DNA from: Sphaerodactylus townsendi
Lineage: Eukaryota
DNA length: 64,000 nucleotides
Direction of reading: 5' to 3'
NCBI RefSeq assembly: GCF_021028975.2
Contig: NC_059436.1
Span: 36,642,001 to 36,706,000, forward strand
The position numbers and the translations under genes were made by a program. This document shows, piece after piece, positions 63,511-64,000 of the stretch (position 1 is its first letter; every line of letters starts with the position of its first letter). The notes under the pieces were generated by a model. The model was not told where the DNA came from, made no database searches, and was given only the letters and a program-made list of their open reading frames with translations.

Positions 63511-63790
63511 TTTTATATACTTTCCCTCAGCCTTGCGTGGACTCCTCCTATTGGTCCCTTTTTACTCGCTGGAGCCTCCCGATTGGTCTCTTCCCACCAT
63601 GCTGGCCGGTACCTATTGGACCACTGTTGTCGTGACGTCCACCGTCGCGTGCCGCGCCGCCACCCTAGTTTTTCCTCCGCCTTCCATTATAGCCTACCCG
63701 CTCAAGAGCCTCATTGGACCGCCTCGCGTGGCACCAGGAGCCAATGAGATGCCGGGAATGAGCCAGGCGGAGGAAGCCCATTGGCCGGAA
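63511..63790 (-). promoter_or_regulatory. HSPA5 ER-stress promoter: TATA, ERSE array, CRE-like site, extra CCAAT boxes
   Basis: Minus strand TATATAAA at 63512-63519. Perfect ERSE CCAAT-N9-CCACG at 63536-63554. ERSE-like CCAAT-N9-CCAGC at 63568-63586 and 63601-63619. TGACGT at 63633-63638. Further CCAAT boxes at 63713-63717, 63741-63745 and 63780-63784. CpG rich. Confidence 0.9.
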
Positions 63791-64000
63791 TGGGGTGTCA
63801 TGTTTAGGCTAGGAAGGGCTGGGCCTTTCTGGAAGTTTCTATGGTTACTGGGACCTTAGCAACCTCCCAACGGGTGGGGGGTCGGAGGGGGGGGGTCTAG
63901 TAACTGTCAGGGTAGTTGGGGAAGGGGTGGGGGGTGCGCCCTGTTTTGGCCTCCCTGATGCCCCATGAAGACAAAGTGAGAGTTGTTTCTCATATTACAC

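Noticed and set aside
63253-63859. Plus-strand ORFs of 164 and 108 aa over the HSPA5 promoter
   Set aside because: Non-ATG starts, low-complexity composition and no recognisable domain; expected in CpG islands.

Overview
This is vertebrate genomic DNA. The SINE, MITE and CR1 content points to a squamate reptile, probably a gecko (inference). It holds five intron-containing housekeeping genes, all traced exon by exon with reading frame preserved: the 3' 21 coding exons of GOLGA1/golgin-97 (+), then complete ARPC5L (-), PPP6C (-), RABEPK (+) and HSPA5/BiP (-). Also present are four CpG-island promoters, one 360-N assembly gap and many transposon relics. I found no novel protein-coding system; the remaining ORF-track entries look like antisense, intronic or repeat noise. 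Most notable: (1) GOLGA1-ARPC5L is inverted relative to PPP6C-RABEPK-HSPA5 versus the human order, with no SCAI or RPL35 at the junction. (2) A palindromic hAT-type MITE family carries ZNF143/THAP11-type ACTACAnnTCCCA motifs, with copies beside the ARPC5L promoter and in HSPA5 intron 1. (3) ARPC5L has a minor-spliceosome AT-AC intron and GOLGA1 a GC-AG intron. (4) Penelope-like retroelement ends carry hammerhead-ribozyme cores. (5) Long intronic inverted repeats occur in PPP6C, HSPA5 and ARPC5L. (6) There is a SPIN-family MITE with a CORE-SINE-like filler.
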